Source: Pseudomonadota bacterium (GTDB lineage: Bacteria > Pseudomonadota > Gammaproteobacteria > Burkholderiales > Burkholderiaceae_C). Taken from it: DNA of 64,000 nucleotides. Numbering within the stretch: the stretch's first letter is position 1; each line of letters starts with the position of its first letter. Made by a program: the position numbers and the translations under genes. The stretch lies in contig JBJOIT010000007.1 of the NCBI GenBank assembly GCA_046046915.1, positions 2,214 to 66,213 of the forward strand, given 5' to 3'. The notes beneath the pieces were generated by a model, which worked only from the letters and a program-made list of their open reading frames with translations, was not told the DNA's origin and made no database searches. Of this stretch, positions 16,806 through 26,041 are shown piece after piece.

Positions 16806-19493
16806 ATGAGCGTACGCAATCTGGAATCCCTGTTTCATCCCGCCAGCGTGGCGGTTCTCGGCGCCTCCAACCGGCCCGCCAGCGTGGGCGGCACCGTGTG
16901 GCGCAACATGACGCAGGGCAGCTTCAAGGGGCCGGTCTACCCGGTCAACCCCAAGTTCACAGCGCTCGATGGGCACAAGGCCTATGCCACCGTAGCCGAC
17001 CTGCCCGAGGCACCTGAGCTGGCGGTGATTTGCACCCCACCAGCCACCGTACCGGGGCTGATCCAGGCGCTGGCCGAGCGCGGCACCCGCGCTGCCGTGG
17101 TGCTGACCGCTGGCCTCACCCCCGAGCAAAAGCAGGCCATGCTGGACGCCGCCCGCCCCCATCTGCTGCGTCTGCTGGGGCCCAACTGCATCGGCCTGCT
17201 CGCACCCCATGCCGGCCTGAACGCCAGCTTTTCGCACATCAACGCCCGCCCTGGTAAGCTGGCCTTTGTGTCGCAATCCGGGGCGCTGGTCACGGCCATG
17301 CTGGACTGGGCCGACGCCCGCGCCATTGGTTTTTCGCAGTTCGTGTCGCTGGGTGAGCATGCCGACGTGGACTTTGGCGACATGCTCGACTACCTGGCCA
17401 CCGACCCGCACACCCGCGCCATCCTGCTGTACATCGAGTCCATCGACTCGCCACGCAAGTTCATGTCGGCTGCACGCGCCGCGGCCCGCAACAAACCGGT
17501 GATCGTGATCAAGGCGGGGCGCTCGGCGCAGGGACAAAAAGCGGCGGCCTCGCACACGGGTGCGCTGGCGGGCTCGGACGACGTATACGACGCGGCCATC
17601 GCACGCGCCGGCATGCTGAGGGTGAACACACTGCACGACCTCTTTTTGGCGGCAGAAACCCTCACCCGCTTCAAGGCCAGCGGCAGCGAAGCGCTCACCA
17701 TCCTGACCAATGGCGGTGGCGCAGGCGTGATGGCGGCAGACGCCGCAGCGCAAGAGCATGTGGAGTTGGCCAACTTGTCGCCCGACACCTTGGCCAAGCT
17801 GGACGCCGTGCTGCCTGCCAACTGGTCACACGGCAACCCGGTGGACATCATCGGCGACGCCCCCGTAGACCGCTACGTGAAAGCGCTGGAAATCCTCTCG
17901 GCCGACCAGAGCACGGGCACCATTTTGTTCATACAGGCGCCCACCGCCATCGTGCCCAGCCTGGACATCGCCCAGGCACTGGCCCCGGTTGCCCACCCCA
18001 AAGGCCTGATGGCGCCGCGCGTGATGAGCTGTTGGCTGGGAGGGCACGCCGTGGAAGCAGCACGCCAACTCTTCACAGACGAGGGCATTGCCGGCTTCGA
18101 AACGCCAGAAGAAGCCGTGCGGGCCCTGGCCATGGTGCAGGCCTACCAGCGCAACCAGACCGAGCTGATGGAAGCCCCCCCCGCCGATGCCACCGCCCAG
18201 GCCACATCCCAGGCACCCGACCGTGCCGCCATCCGCAAAATCGTCGACGAAGCCCTGGCCGCCGGCCAGGAGATGCTGACCGAACCCCAGGCCAAGGCAG
18301 TGCTGGACGCCTACCGCATCCCGGTGGTGAAAACTGTCACGGTGCCAGCCGATGCCGAGCTGGCGGCACAAGAGGCCGAGCGCCTGGGTTTTCCGGTGGT
18401 GATCAAGATCCTGTCGAACCAGATTTCGCACAAATCCGATGTGGGCGGGGTAGCACTGAACCTGGACAGCGCCGACGAGGTGCGCAACGCGGCTGTCAAC
18501 ATGATGAAACGCGTGCAAACCCTGCGGCCCGACGCCACCATCGATGGGTTTACGGTGCAGGCCATGGTGCGGCGCAAGCATGTGCAGGAAGTGATTGTGG
18601 GCGCCGTCATCGACGCGGTGTTTGGCCCCATCATCCTGTTTGGCCAGGGTGGCACCGCCGTGGAGGTGATGGCCGACCGGGCCGTGGCCCTGCCGCCGCT
18701 GAGTGTGCCCCTGGCTCGCGCACTCATCAAGCGCACCCGCATCTCCAAATTGCTCAAAGGCTGGCGCGACGTGCCGGCGGTGGACGAAGCCGCCCTGCAC
18801 GGCGTACTTTTGTCAGTGTCCCAACTGCTGGCCGATGTGCCCGAACTGGCCGAGCTGGACATCAACCCCTTGCTGGTCAACTTTGAGGGCGCCATTGCGC
18901 TGGACGCACGCGTGCGCCTGAGCCTCAAAAAAGGTGCCGGGGCCGATCACTTTGCGATTCGACCCTACCCGAGCGAACTGGCGCAAACCATCGCCTGGCA
19001 AAACAAGACCCTGGAAATACGCCCCATCCGCCCAGAAGACGAAGCCCTGCATGCCGACTTTTTGGCCCACCTGGCGCCCGAGGACATCCGCATGCGGGTG
19101 TTTTACAGCCGCCGCACCATGGAACACAGCGAGCTGGCCCGCCTGACGCAAATTGACTACGACCGAGAGATGGCCTTTGTTGCCATTGCGCCGGGGCCAA
19201 ACGGTCAGCCGCAAACCCAGGGCGTGGTGCGCGCCATGGCCGACCCCGACAACATCAGCGCCGAGTTCGGCATCATCATCCGCTCGGAGCTCAAAGGCGG
19301 CGGATTGGGCAAGCTGCTGATGGACAAAATCATTGCCTACCTGAGGAGCCGTGGCACCCAGCAGGTGGTGGCCACCGTGCTGAAAGAAAACACCCGTATG
19401 CTGGAACTTGCCCACGCGCTGGGTTTCAAGGACGCTGCACTACAAGACGACCCGACCACACGCAACATCGAGATGGATTTGCGGGCAGGGTGA
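16806..19493 (+). CDS. Bifunctional ADP-forming acetyl-CoA synthetase-like / GNAT acetyltransferase (Pat-type protein acetyltransferase)
   Basis: N-terminal CoA-binding block SVAVLGASNRP..VGG, a succinyl-CoA-synthetase-like and ATP-grasp region, and a C-terminal GNAT block (IIRSELKGGGLGKLLMDKII). The likely start is ATG 16806; the annotated ORF starts at 16758. Confidence 0.88.
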   Translation: MSVRNLESLFHPASVAVLGASNRPASVGGTVWRNMTQGSFKGPVYPVNPKFTALDGHKAYATVADLPEAPELAVICTPPATVPGLIQALAERGTRAAVVLTAGLTPEQKQAMLDAARPHLLRLLGPNCIGLLAPHAGLNASFSHINARPGKLAFVSQSGALVTAMLDWADARAIGFSQFVSLGEHADVDFGDMLDYLATDPHTRAILLYIESIDSPRKFMSAARAAARNKPVIVIKAGRSAQGQKAAASHTGALAGSDDVYDAAIARAGMLRVNTLHDLFLAAETLTRFKASGSEALTILTNGGGAGVMAADAAAQEHVELANLSPDTLAKLDAVLPANWSHGNPVDIIGDAPVDRYVKALEILSADQSTGTILFIQAPTAIVPSLDIAQALAPVAHPKGLMAPRVMSCWLGGHAVEAARQLFTDEGIAGFETPEEAVRALAMVQAYQRNQTELMEAPPADATAQATSQAPDRAAIRKIVDEALAAGQEMLTEPQAKAVLDAYRIPVVKTVTVPADAELAAQEAERLGFPVVIKILSNQISHKSDVGGVALNLDSADEVRNAAVNMMKRVQTLRPDATIDGFTVQAMVRRKHVQEVIVGAVIDAVFGPIILFGQGGTAVEVMADRAVALPPLSVPLARALIKRTRISKLLKGWRDVPAVDEAALHGVLLSVSQLLADVPELAELDINPLLVNFEGAIALDARVRLSLKKGAGADHFAIRPYPSELAQTIAWQNKTLEIRPIRPEDEALHADFLAHLAPEDIRMRVFYSRRTMEHSELARLTQIDYDREMAFVAIAPGPNGQPQTQGVVRAMADPDNISAEFGIIIRSELKGGGLGKLLMDKIIAYLRSRGTQQVVATVLKENTRMLELAHALGFKDAALQDDPTTRNIEMDLRAG

Positions 19494-19682
19494 GGCACAG
19501 GTAAGGAGCTCGCTAATGGCTCTTGCGAACTGCCCAGCCCATAGAGACCAACATCACCAGAAAATTACTGAAAAGGTTTTGTATATACCGCACAGTTCAC
19601 ATGGATACCCATTAGTTTCTATAGTTCATCTGCGTCACATTTTTGGCGTTTGCAGGTGAACCCTGATTCTTTGGAGATTCTC

Positions 19683-20138
19683 ATGAAAAACACTCTCATT
19701 GCTTCGGTTCTGGCGCTTGGCACTGTTTTCTCCGTACATGCGAAAGACATCGTAGACACCGCGGTTGGGGCTGGTAGCTTCAACACGCTCGCAACTGCTC
19801 TGACGGCAGCTGGCTTGGTTGACACGCTGAAGGGCAAGGGACCTTTCACCGTTTTTGCGCCAACGGACGCGGCCTTTGCAAAAATCCCAAAGGCTGATCT
19901 GGACGCTTTGCTGAAGGACAAGGCCAAGCTGACAGCTGTACTCACCTACCACGTGGTAGCCGGTAAAGTGATGGCTGCTGATGTCAAGGCAGGTAAAGTG
20001 AAGACAGTTCAGGGGTCTGAATTGACGGTGTCCACCACGGGCGGTGTGATGGTTGACGGCGCCAAGGTTTCAGCGACTGACATCGTTGCGGACAACGGCG
20101 TCATCCACGTGATCGACAGCGTCATCATCCCCAAATAA
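19683..20138 (+). CDS. Secreted fasciclin (FAS1) domain protein
   Basis: Signal peptide [20 protein letters not shown], then FAS1 motifs [13 protein letters not shown] and [18 protein letters not shown] before ATG 19683. Confidence 0.88.
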   Translation: MKNTLIASVLALGTVFSVHAKDIVDTAVGAGSFNTLATALTAAGLVDTLKGKGPFTVFAPTDAAFAKIPKADLDALLKDKAKLTAVLTYHVVAGKVMAADVKAGKVKTVQGSELTVSTTGGVMVDGAKVSATDIVADNGVIHVIDSVIIPK

Positions 20139-20155
20139 TTTCCACGCACAAGGTT

Positions 20156-20194
20156 CCCGCCGTGGCTCACAGGTGCTGTGTGCCACTGGCTGGG
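20156..20194. terminator. Imperfect long hairpin between convergent genes (possible bidirectional terminator)
   Basis: CCCGCCGTGGCTCACAG-GTG-CTGTGTGCCACTGGCTGGG pairs with a few bulges or mismatches. It sits between the fasciclin stop (20138) and the DUF2062 stop (20227). There is no strong U-tract. Confidence 0.3.
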
Positions 20195-20226
20195 AACAGT
20201 ATTCAGCAGGCAATAGTTTTGAAAAG

Positions 20227-20739
20227 CTATCGTGCGCGCCGCCTCAGCCAGATGCGAAACAGCCACAGCACTTTGACCATCACATAACCCATCACCGCCC
20301 CGCACACGGCAAACAAGCTCATACCCAGAACGGTGGGCCAGCCAAATTCTGCCAACCAAGCGAGCACCCCCTCCCCCGCTGCAGACGCATCTGCGGGAGA
20401 GCCGCCCAGGATCACGCCACCCAACTGATGGGCCAGCCAGAGCCAGAAAGCAATGGTCAAAGGATTGGTGATCATCGTCATGGCGGCTGCCACGGGTATG
20501 TTTGCGCGCCACCAGCTGCAATGCACGGCAGCGACAAAAATTTGAGCCACAGGCAAGACAAAGGCCCAAAAAATTCCCACCGCCGCGCCGCGCGCAACGG
20601 CCTCGTGTTGCAGTCGCCAAAGCCGCTTGTCGAGCAGCCGATGCGCCACGGGCTGCAGCCAAGGATGAACGGTCCACTGCTCTCGCTCAGGCAACAGCTT
20701 CTTGAGCCTGTCCGTCCATGGCTTGCTAGCGCCAGTCAT
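20227..20739 (-). CDS. DUF2062 domain membrane protein
   Basis: Pattern typical of DUF2062: WR....AVARGAAVGIFWAFVLPVAQIFVAA..........ANIPVAAAMTMITNPLT. 170 aa. Confidence 0.75.
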   Translation of the reverse strand: MTGASKPWTDRLKKLLPEREQWTVHPWLQPVAHRLLDKRLWRLQHEAVARGAAVGIFWAFVLPVAQIFVAAVHCSWWRANIPVAAAMTMITNPLTIAFWLWLAHQLGGVILGGSPADASAAGEGVLAWLAEFGWPTVLGMSLFAVCGAVMGYVMVKVLWLFRIWLRRRAR

Positions 20740-20940
20740 AGTTACCCATATTTGAACTTTTCATGACAGCATGTTGCCCGTCATCAAACGGCAGGAACAG
20801 CAGGAAAATTCTCGAACACATTCCCGTTTTTTCGAATCAATTAATCAAATATTTCAGCATAAACATGCTGACAAGAAGATAAACTTTTACCCACAAATCA
20901 TCCCGAAAGGGTAGCCAACCTCATCCTTGCGAGGCCATAT

Positions 20941-21900
20941 ATGCAAACCATCGTTCCCCTTTGGCTCTGGGCGACCTTCGGCGCCATCGTGCTGGTATCG
21001 CTCTTCATCGACTTCGTGGTGCTCAAAAAACAGGGCTCACATGACATCGGCGTTAAAGAGGCCTTGAACTGGTCACTGATCTGGATTGCGCTCAGCTTTT
21101 TGTTCAATGGGCTGTTGTGGTGGGCCGTCAAAAACGAGACCGGATCCTTGGAGATCGCCAACACCAAATCGCTGGAATTCCTGACCGGCTACCTGATTGA
21201 AAAATCGCTCGCGGTAGACAACATCTTTGTCTTCCTGCTGATCTTCACCTACTTCGCGGTACCCACGCATTTTCAGAAGCGGGTGCTGATGATCGGCATC
21301 ATCGGCGCGATTGTGTTGCGCACCGTCATGATCTTGGTGGGCGGCTGGTTGCTGGCCGAGTTCCACTGGATCTTGTATGTGTTCGGGGCATTCCTGATCC
21401 TGACCGGCGTGAAGATGTGGTGGGCCGCTGGCAAGGAGCCGGACCTCAACGACAACCCTGCGCTCAAACTCCTGCGCAAGTTGCTGCCAGTGAGCAAAAA
21501 CTACGACGGCGAGAACTTCTGGACCGTCGAAAACGGCAAAAAGATTGCCACGCCGCTGTTCATGGTGATCTGTCTCATCGCGCTCACCGATGTCATTTTT
21601 GCGGTGGACTCCATTCCCGCCATTTTTGCGATCACCAGCGACCCCTTCATCGTGCTGACCAGCAATGTGTTCGCCATTTTGGGTCTGCGGGCCATGTACT
21701 TCCTGCTGGCTGCCGTGGCCAACAAGTTTCACTTGCTCAACTACGGTCTGGCGGTGATCCTGGTGTTTATTGGCACCAAGATGTGTCTGATAGACGTCTA
21801 CAAGATTCCCGTGCTGTTCTCCCTGGGCGTCGTGGTGGGCATCCTGGCTCTGACCATGCTGCTAAGTGTCCGCACAGCCAAGCCTGAACCCAAGGTCTAA
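20941..21900 (+). CDS. TerC/Alx-family integral membrane protein
   Basis: 319 aa. TerC-family blocks: EKSLAVDNIFVF and ALTDVIFAVDSIPAIFAIT. Confidence 0.88.
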   Translation: MQTIVPLWLWATFGAIVLVSLFIDFVVLKKQGSHDIGVKEALNWSLIWIALSFLFNGLLWWAVKNETGSLEIANTKSLEFLTGYLIEKSLAVDNIFVFLLIFTYFAVPTHFQKRVLMIGIIGAIVLRTVMILVGGWLLAEFHWILYVFGAFLILTGVKMWWAAGKEPDLNDNPALKLLRKLLPVSKNYDGENFWTVENGKKIATPLFMVICLIALTDVIFAVDSIPAIFAITSDPFIVLTSNVFAILGLRAMYFLLAAVANKFHLLNYGLAVILVFIGTKMCLIDVYKIPVLFSLGVVVGILALTMLLSVRTAKPEPKV

Positions 21901-21907
21901 CGTAGGG

Positions 21908-22792
21908 CTACAAGGCGGGTTGCAACAAGCGCTGGACGAGGGGGTGATGCACTTTCTTTTCGGTACCAATCGCAAAGAAATGCTCAGCAACCCCCTCGCA
22001 GGGCCCCAGGCGCTCGACGGCGTAGTAAGCCAGAAGATCATCGTGCACCCACTCGGCGGCAGGGAACACACCCATGCCACTGGCACCAAAGGTCTTGAGC
22101 AAGGCGCTGTCTGAAAACTCACCCACCACCCGGGGCCGTATGGCGCGCTGCTCAAACCACTGATCCAGACGATCGCGAACGGCAGTGTGGGCGGTGGGCA
22201 GCAGCACCGGCACATCTCCCATGTTGGCTGGAAAGTCTTTTTTCAAGGCAGCCGCCAAGGCGGGGGTGCCGTACCAGCCGATGGGCGAAGCCCCAAGTGA
22301 GTGGCTGTACAGCTTGATGTTGGGGTTGATGGGTGCCGGACGGTCTGACAAAACCACGTCCAATTTGTGCAAGGCCAGGTCCCCCAACAAATCATCCAGT
22401 TGACCTTCCTGGCACACGAGTCGCAAATTGGGCTCGGTTATCACGGGTTGGGTGAGACGACGCACCACCAGTTTAGGAATGGCATCGCAGATGCCCACGG
22501 CCAGCCGCACACGAGGCGAACTGACCGCATCACGCACCCGCGCCGGTAGCTCTTCGCCCAGCTGAAAAATCTGATCAGCCTGTTGCATGGCAGCCAAGCC
22601 TGCATCGGTCAGGGCCAGGCCGCGTCCGGCGGGCTTAAGAAGTGCATAGCCCAGGGCCCGCTCCAGCTCGCGCACCTGGGCGCTCACGGTTTGCACCGCC
22701 ATGTCCAGTTTTTCCGCCGCCCGCGAGATGCCGCCTTCTTTGGCGACGACCCAAAAGTAGTAGAGGTGCTTGTAATTGAAGGGTGTACTCAT
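21908..22792 (-). CDS. LysR-family transcriptional regulator (NhaR-like)
   Basis: N-terminal wHTH block NYKHLYYFWVVAKEGGISRAAEKLDMAVQTVSAQVRELE is characteristic of the NhaR-like LysR subgroup. The start is taken at ATG 22792. The gene is divergent from the 22891 operon. Confidence 0.85.
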   Translation of the reverse strand: MSTPFNYKHLYYFWVVAKEGGISRAAEKLDMAVQTVSAQVRELERALGYALLKPAGRGLALTDAGLAAMQQADQIFQLGEELPARVRDAVSSPRVRLAVGICDAIPKLVVRRLTQPVITEPNLRLVCQEGQLDDLLGDLALHKLDVVLSDRPAPINPNIKLYSHSLGASPIGWYGTPALAAALKKDFPANMGDVPVLLPTAHTAVRDRLDQWFEQRAIRPRVVGEFSDSALLKTFGASGMGVFPAAEWVHDDLLAYYAVERLGPCEGVAEHFFAIGTEKKVHHPLVQRLLQPAL

Positions 22793-22890
22793 GGTCAGTT
22801 TTTTTAAGATTCTCGATAAGAAATTATCTGCTTTTCCAGAATCTGGTGGGCCACTATCTTTGGGGCTCCAACAACCCACTGGAGATGCTC

Positions 22891-23232
22891 ATGCAAGTCA
22901 TTTTTGAGTCCCGCGATACAGACAGCACTCATCTTCGAGATCTGTCTGTTGAGCGTGTCCGCTTTACCCTGCGTCGCCTGACGGCGCTTGTGCCGCGTGC
23001 CAAGGTGCAGTTTTCGGATGTGAATGGACCTCGGGGGGGCGTGGACAAACGCTGCCAGGTCGAGCTAAACACCGAAGCCATGGGCACCGTGGTGGTGGCC
23101 TCTCTCGCGCATGACTGGCGTACGGCGCTGGATCGATCCTTGCGCCGCGCCATTCGCGTCCTCACCCGCAGCCTGCAACGCAGTCAAAAGCCAACACGGG
23201 GTCGCTCTGGCCGACTGGCCCTGGACAGTTAA
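22891..23232 (+). CDS. HPF/RaiA-like ribosome-associated protein, short form (putative)
   Basis: 113 aa starting MQVIFESRD. Contains DVNGPRGGVDKRCQVEL, which is typical of the short sigma-54-modulation/RaiA-like family. GGAG RBS 6 nt upstream. Confidence 0.6.
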   Translation: MQVIFESRDTDSTHLRDLSVERVRFTLRRLTALVPRAKVQFSDVNGPRGGVDKRCQVELNTEAMGTVVVASLAHDWRTALDRSLRRAIRVLTRSLQRSQKPTRGRSGRLALDS

Positions 23233-23259
23233 CACTTGCAACACACAAAGGACATCATC

Positions 23260-23979
23260 ATGAACAACTCGCCTTCAAACGTGACTGCCGCTTCTGCCGA
23301 CCACTATTCAGGCGCAATCACCACGGGTACCGCATCCATTGAGCAACTGCACTCGGCGGACGTCAAGCGCGTCTTGCGCAATACGTATGCACTGCTGGCC
23401 ATGACCTTGTTGTTCAGCGCCGGCGTGGCCGTGGCCACACTCACGCTGCAACTGCCTGCACCGGGTCTCATCCTGACCTTGGTCGGGTACTTTGGTCTGT
23501 TTTACCTGGTGCACAAAACACAGAACAGCGGCTGGGCCTTGCCCGCTGTCTTTGCCTTGACCGGCTTCATGGGCTACACGCTGGGCCCACTGCTCACCCA
23601 GTCCTTGGCTCTGCCTGGCGGTGCCCAGACCGTGACGCTGGCCTTGGCAGCCACAGGCGCCACGTTTTTGGCGCTCTCCAGCTATGTGTTGCTGACCCGG
23701 CGCGACTTCAGCTTCATGGGCGGTTTTTTGTTCGTGGGCATGGTCATCGCACTGTTGGCCGGCCTGGCAGCAGCCTTTTTGGAGATGCCCGCTTTGGGCC
23801 TGGCGGTCTCGGCCATGGTGGCCTTGTTGTCAGCCGGCATGATTTTGTTCGAGACCAGCCGCATCGTGAACGGCGGTGAGACCAACTACGTGATGGCAAC
23901 CGTGAGCCTTTACGTGTCCATCGTCAACCTGTTCACCAGTCTGCTGAGCCTGTTTGGCTTCGGTGGATCGAACGACTGA
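23260..23979 (+). CDS. Bax inhibitor-1 / YccA family membrane protein
   Basis: Seven-TM pattern with LRNTYALLAMTLLFSA and a charged C-terminal region. AAAGGA RBS before ATG 23260. Confidence 0.85.
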   Translation: MNNSPSNVTAASADHYSGAITTGTASIEQLHSADVKRVLRNTYALLAMTLLFSAGVAVATLTLQLPAPGLILTLVGYFGLFYLVHKTQNSGWALPAVFALTGFMGYTLGPLLTQSLALPGGAQTVTLALAATGATFLALSSYVLLTRRDFSFMGGFLFVGMVIALLAGLAAAFLEMPALGLAVSAMVALLSAGMILFETSRIVNGGETNYVMATVSLYVSIVNLFTSLLSLFGFGGSND

Positions 23980-24001
23980 CTTACCCGGAAAGCCACACAT
24001 C

Positions 24002-24277
24002 ATGAAATGCCCACACTGCACCGACGCGACCTTGGTGATGACTGATCGCCAAGGGGTCGAGATTGACTATTGCCCCGCCTGCCGTGGCATCTGGCTTGAC
24101 CGCGGTGAGCTCGATAAGTTGCTGGAACGCGCGGCCACCAACCTAACCCCGCCCGCAGCGCCTGCCTCGCGGGATCGGGATCGTCATCAGCACGATTTCG
24201 AGGACTCCGACTACCGCGGGGGACAGCGCTACTACCGGGATCGCAAAAAGTCCTGGTTGAGTGAAATTTTTGATTGA
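24002..24277 (+). CDS. TFIIB-type zinc-ribbon domain protein
   Basis: MKCPHC....DYCPACRGIWLDRGELDKLL is the zf-TFIIB bacterial family signature. The tail is charged and Arg/Asp-rich. Confidence 0.8.
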   Translation: MKCPHCTDATLVMTDRQGVEIDYCPACRGIWLDRGELDKLLERAATNLTPPAAPASRDRDRHQHDFEDSDYRGGQRYYRDRKKSWLSEIFD

Positions 24278-24293
24278 AAGCAGGTAATTCTCG

Positions 24294-25271
24294 ATGCAAG
24301 ACTTCTTCGATCCCGCCATCCTTTTCTTCGTTTTTGGTATTTTGGCGGGATCGCTGAAGTCAAACCTGGAGATTCCACCGCAGATCTCCCGATTTCTGTC
24401 CCTGTATTTGTTGATGGCGCTGGGCCTGAAGGGTGGTTTTGCCCTCGCCCAGTCCGGCATGACGCCTGAAGTGCTGGTCAGCCTGGGCGCTGCACTGGGC
24501 ATGGCCACTTTGGTACCCCTGTTGGGCTACCTTATCCTCAGACGATTTCTCAATGGTTTTGACGCGGCGGCGATAGCCGCCACCTACGGATCGGTCAGTG
24601 CGGTGACCTTCATCACGGCCGTTCAATACCTCGATACGCATGACATCGCCTTTGGTGGTCATATGGCCGCTGCCATGGCGCTGATGGAGTCTCCCGCCAT
24701 TTTGTTGGCGGTGCTGCTCGCCAACCATGCGCGCCAGACGTCGGCCACAACAGGACGCGGTGGACCGGCGTTGGTGAGCAACGCCCCGCTGGGACGTATC
24801 CTGCATGAGGCGCTGACCGATGGGGCACAACTGTTGCTGCTAGGCGCCATGCTGATCGGCGTGCTGACGGGTGAAGCCGGGCAGGCCGCCATGAAGCCTT
24901 TTTCTGTCGACCTCTTCAAAGGCATGTTGTCCTTCTTTTTGCTGGACATGGGGCTGCTGGCTGCCCGCAACATGGGCAAACTCAAAGGCCAGTCGGTCTG
25001 GTTGCTGGTGTATGCCATCGGTGGGCCATTGGCGCATGCCAGCATTGCGCTGGTACTGGGCCTGGCTCTGGATATGTCGACTGGCAACGTGGCTCTGCTC
25101 ATGGTTCTGGCCGCGAGCGCCTCTTACATTGCCGTGCCTGCGGTGATACGCCATGCGATACCCGAGGCAAACCCTTCGCTCTACTTTGGCATGTCGCTGG
25201 GTTTGACCTTTCCGTTCAACATCCTGGTCGGCATTCCCTTGTACGTACAACTTGCGCAGCGCTGGAGTTGA
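24294..25271 (+). CDS. Sodium-dependent bicarbonate transport family permease (SbtA-like, DUF897)
   Basis: 325-aa polytopic protein. The N-terminus DPAILFFVFGILAGSLKSNLEIPPQISRFLSLYLLMALGLKGG resembles the proteobacterial SbtA-like family. No SbtB/PII-like ORF follows. Confidence 0.7.
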   Translation: MQDFFDPAILFFVFGILAGSLKSNLEIPPQISRFLSLYLLMALGLKGGFALAQSGMTPEVLVSLGAALGMATLVPLLGYLILRRFLNGFDAAAIAATYGSVSAVTFITAVQYLDTHDIAFGGHMAAAMALMESPAILLAVLLANHARQTSATTGRGGPALVSNAPLGRILHEALTDGAQLLLLGAMLIGVLTGEAGQAAMKPFSVDLFKGMLSFFLLDMGLLAARNMGKLKGQSVWLLVYAIGGPLAHASIALVLGLALDMSTGNVALLMVLAASASYIAVPAVIRHAIPEANPSLYFGMSLGLTFPFNILVGIPLYVQLAQRWS

Positions 25272-25408
25272 CACGCCATCTAAAACGGCTGCGCCCGGCC
25301 TCAGGCCCGGCCCGAGCCTACTCTTCACAATGGCGAGCCCCTTCAGACCGTCCACATAGAATTCGCCACCTCCAACCCAAGCGCTGCGCCCCTGCGAAGC
25401 CACGCCAT

Positions 25409-26029
25409 ATGCCCAAACTCAAACTCTCTTACTTCGATTTCCACGGTGGCCGCGCCGAGCCGGTTCGTCTGGCCCTGCACATCGGCGGTATCGAGTTTGA
25501 AGATCACCGCTTCACTCTGACTGAATTTGCCGAGGTCCGTAAAGCCACTCCTTTTGGCCAGGTCCCGACTTTGACGGTGGACGATGTCATGGTGACCCAA
25601 AGTGATTCCATCTTGCGCTATGCGGGCAAGTTGGCAGGCTTGTATCCCACCGACCCGTTTCAGGCGCTGCTGAGTGATGAAGTCATGTTTGTGGTCGAAG
25701 AAGCCAGCATGAAGCTGGGCCCGACTTTTCGGATGACAGGCGATGCACAAAGAGAAGCCCGGCTTGCCCTGGTCAATGGCTCCATGCCGATGTATTTGGC
25801 GTGGTTACAAAATCGCTTGTTAGCCAACGGGGGGGAGTACTTTGCCGATCAGCGTCTAACGGTAGCGGACCTGAAGGTATTTGTCGACGTGCGTGGTCTC
25901 AACTCCGGGCGACTTGACCATGTCCCAACGGATTTGGTTGAACAGGTGGCCCCTGCACTCAACGCTCATCTGCAACGCGTGTCGCAACACCCGGCGTTGG
26001 TGCAGTACTACGCAAAGTTCGGCAAATAA
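25409..26029 (+). CDS. Glutathione S-transferase family protein
   Basis: 206 aa from ATG 25409. The N-terminal thioredoxin-like GST fold has FGQVPTL and SDSILRY (GSH-site pattern), followed by an alpha-helical C-terminal domain. Confidence 0.75.
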   Translation: MPKLKLSYFDFHGGRAEPVRLALHIGGIEFEDHRFTLTEFAEVRKATPFGQVPTLTVDDVMVTQSDSILRYAGKLAGLYPTDPFQALLSDEVMFVVEEASMKLGPTFRMTGDAQREARLALVNGSMPMYLAWLQNRLLANGGEYFADQRLTVADLKVFVDVRGLNSGRLDHVPTDLVEQVAPALNAHLQRVSQHPALVQYYAKFGK

Positions 26030-26041
26030 ACCAGCAAATGC

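Noticed and set aside
16791-18800. 322-aa and 324-aa minus-strand ORFs inside the Pat-like gene, and the 284-aa plus-strand off-frame ORF at 18032-18886.
   Set aside because: They overlap a continuous 895-aa multi-domain gene with clear CoA-binding, ATP-grasp and GNAT blocks. The alternatives are Arg/Gly/Pro-rich artefacts.
20740-20940. Possible yybP-ykoY (Mn2+) or pH-responsive riboswitch upstream of the TerC/Alx-family gene. The region is AT-rich and contains the palindrome CAGCATAAACATGCTG (20855-20870).
   Set aside because: I could not find the conserved riboswitch core elements (for example a GGGGAGTAG-like segment) by eye. The palindrome is short and could be an operator or chance. A cmsearch against Rfam would settle this.
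25272-25408. Expected SbtB (PII-like) partner gene downstream of the SbtA-like permease.
   Set aside because: Only a 137-nt spacer precedes the GST start, and there is no ORF of suitable size. The upstream extension of ORF 25268-26029 has no protein-like features.
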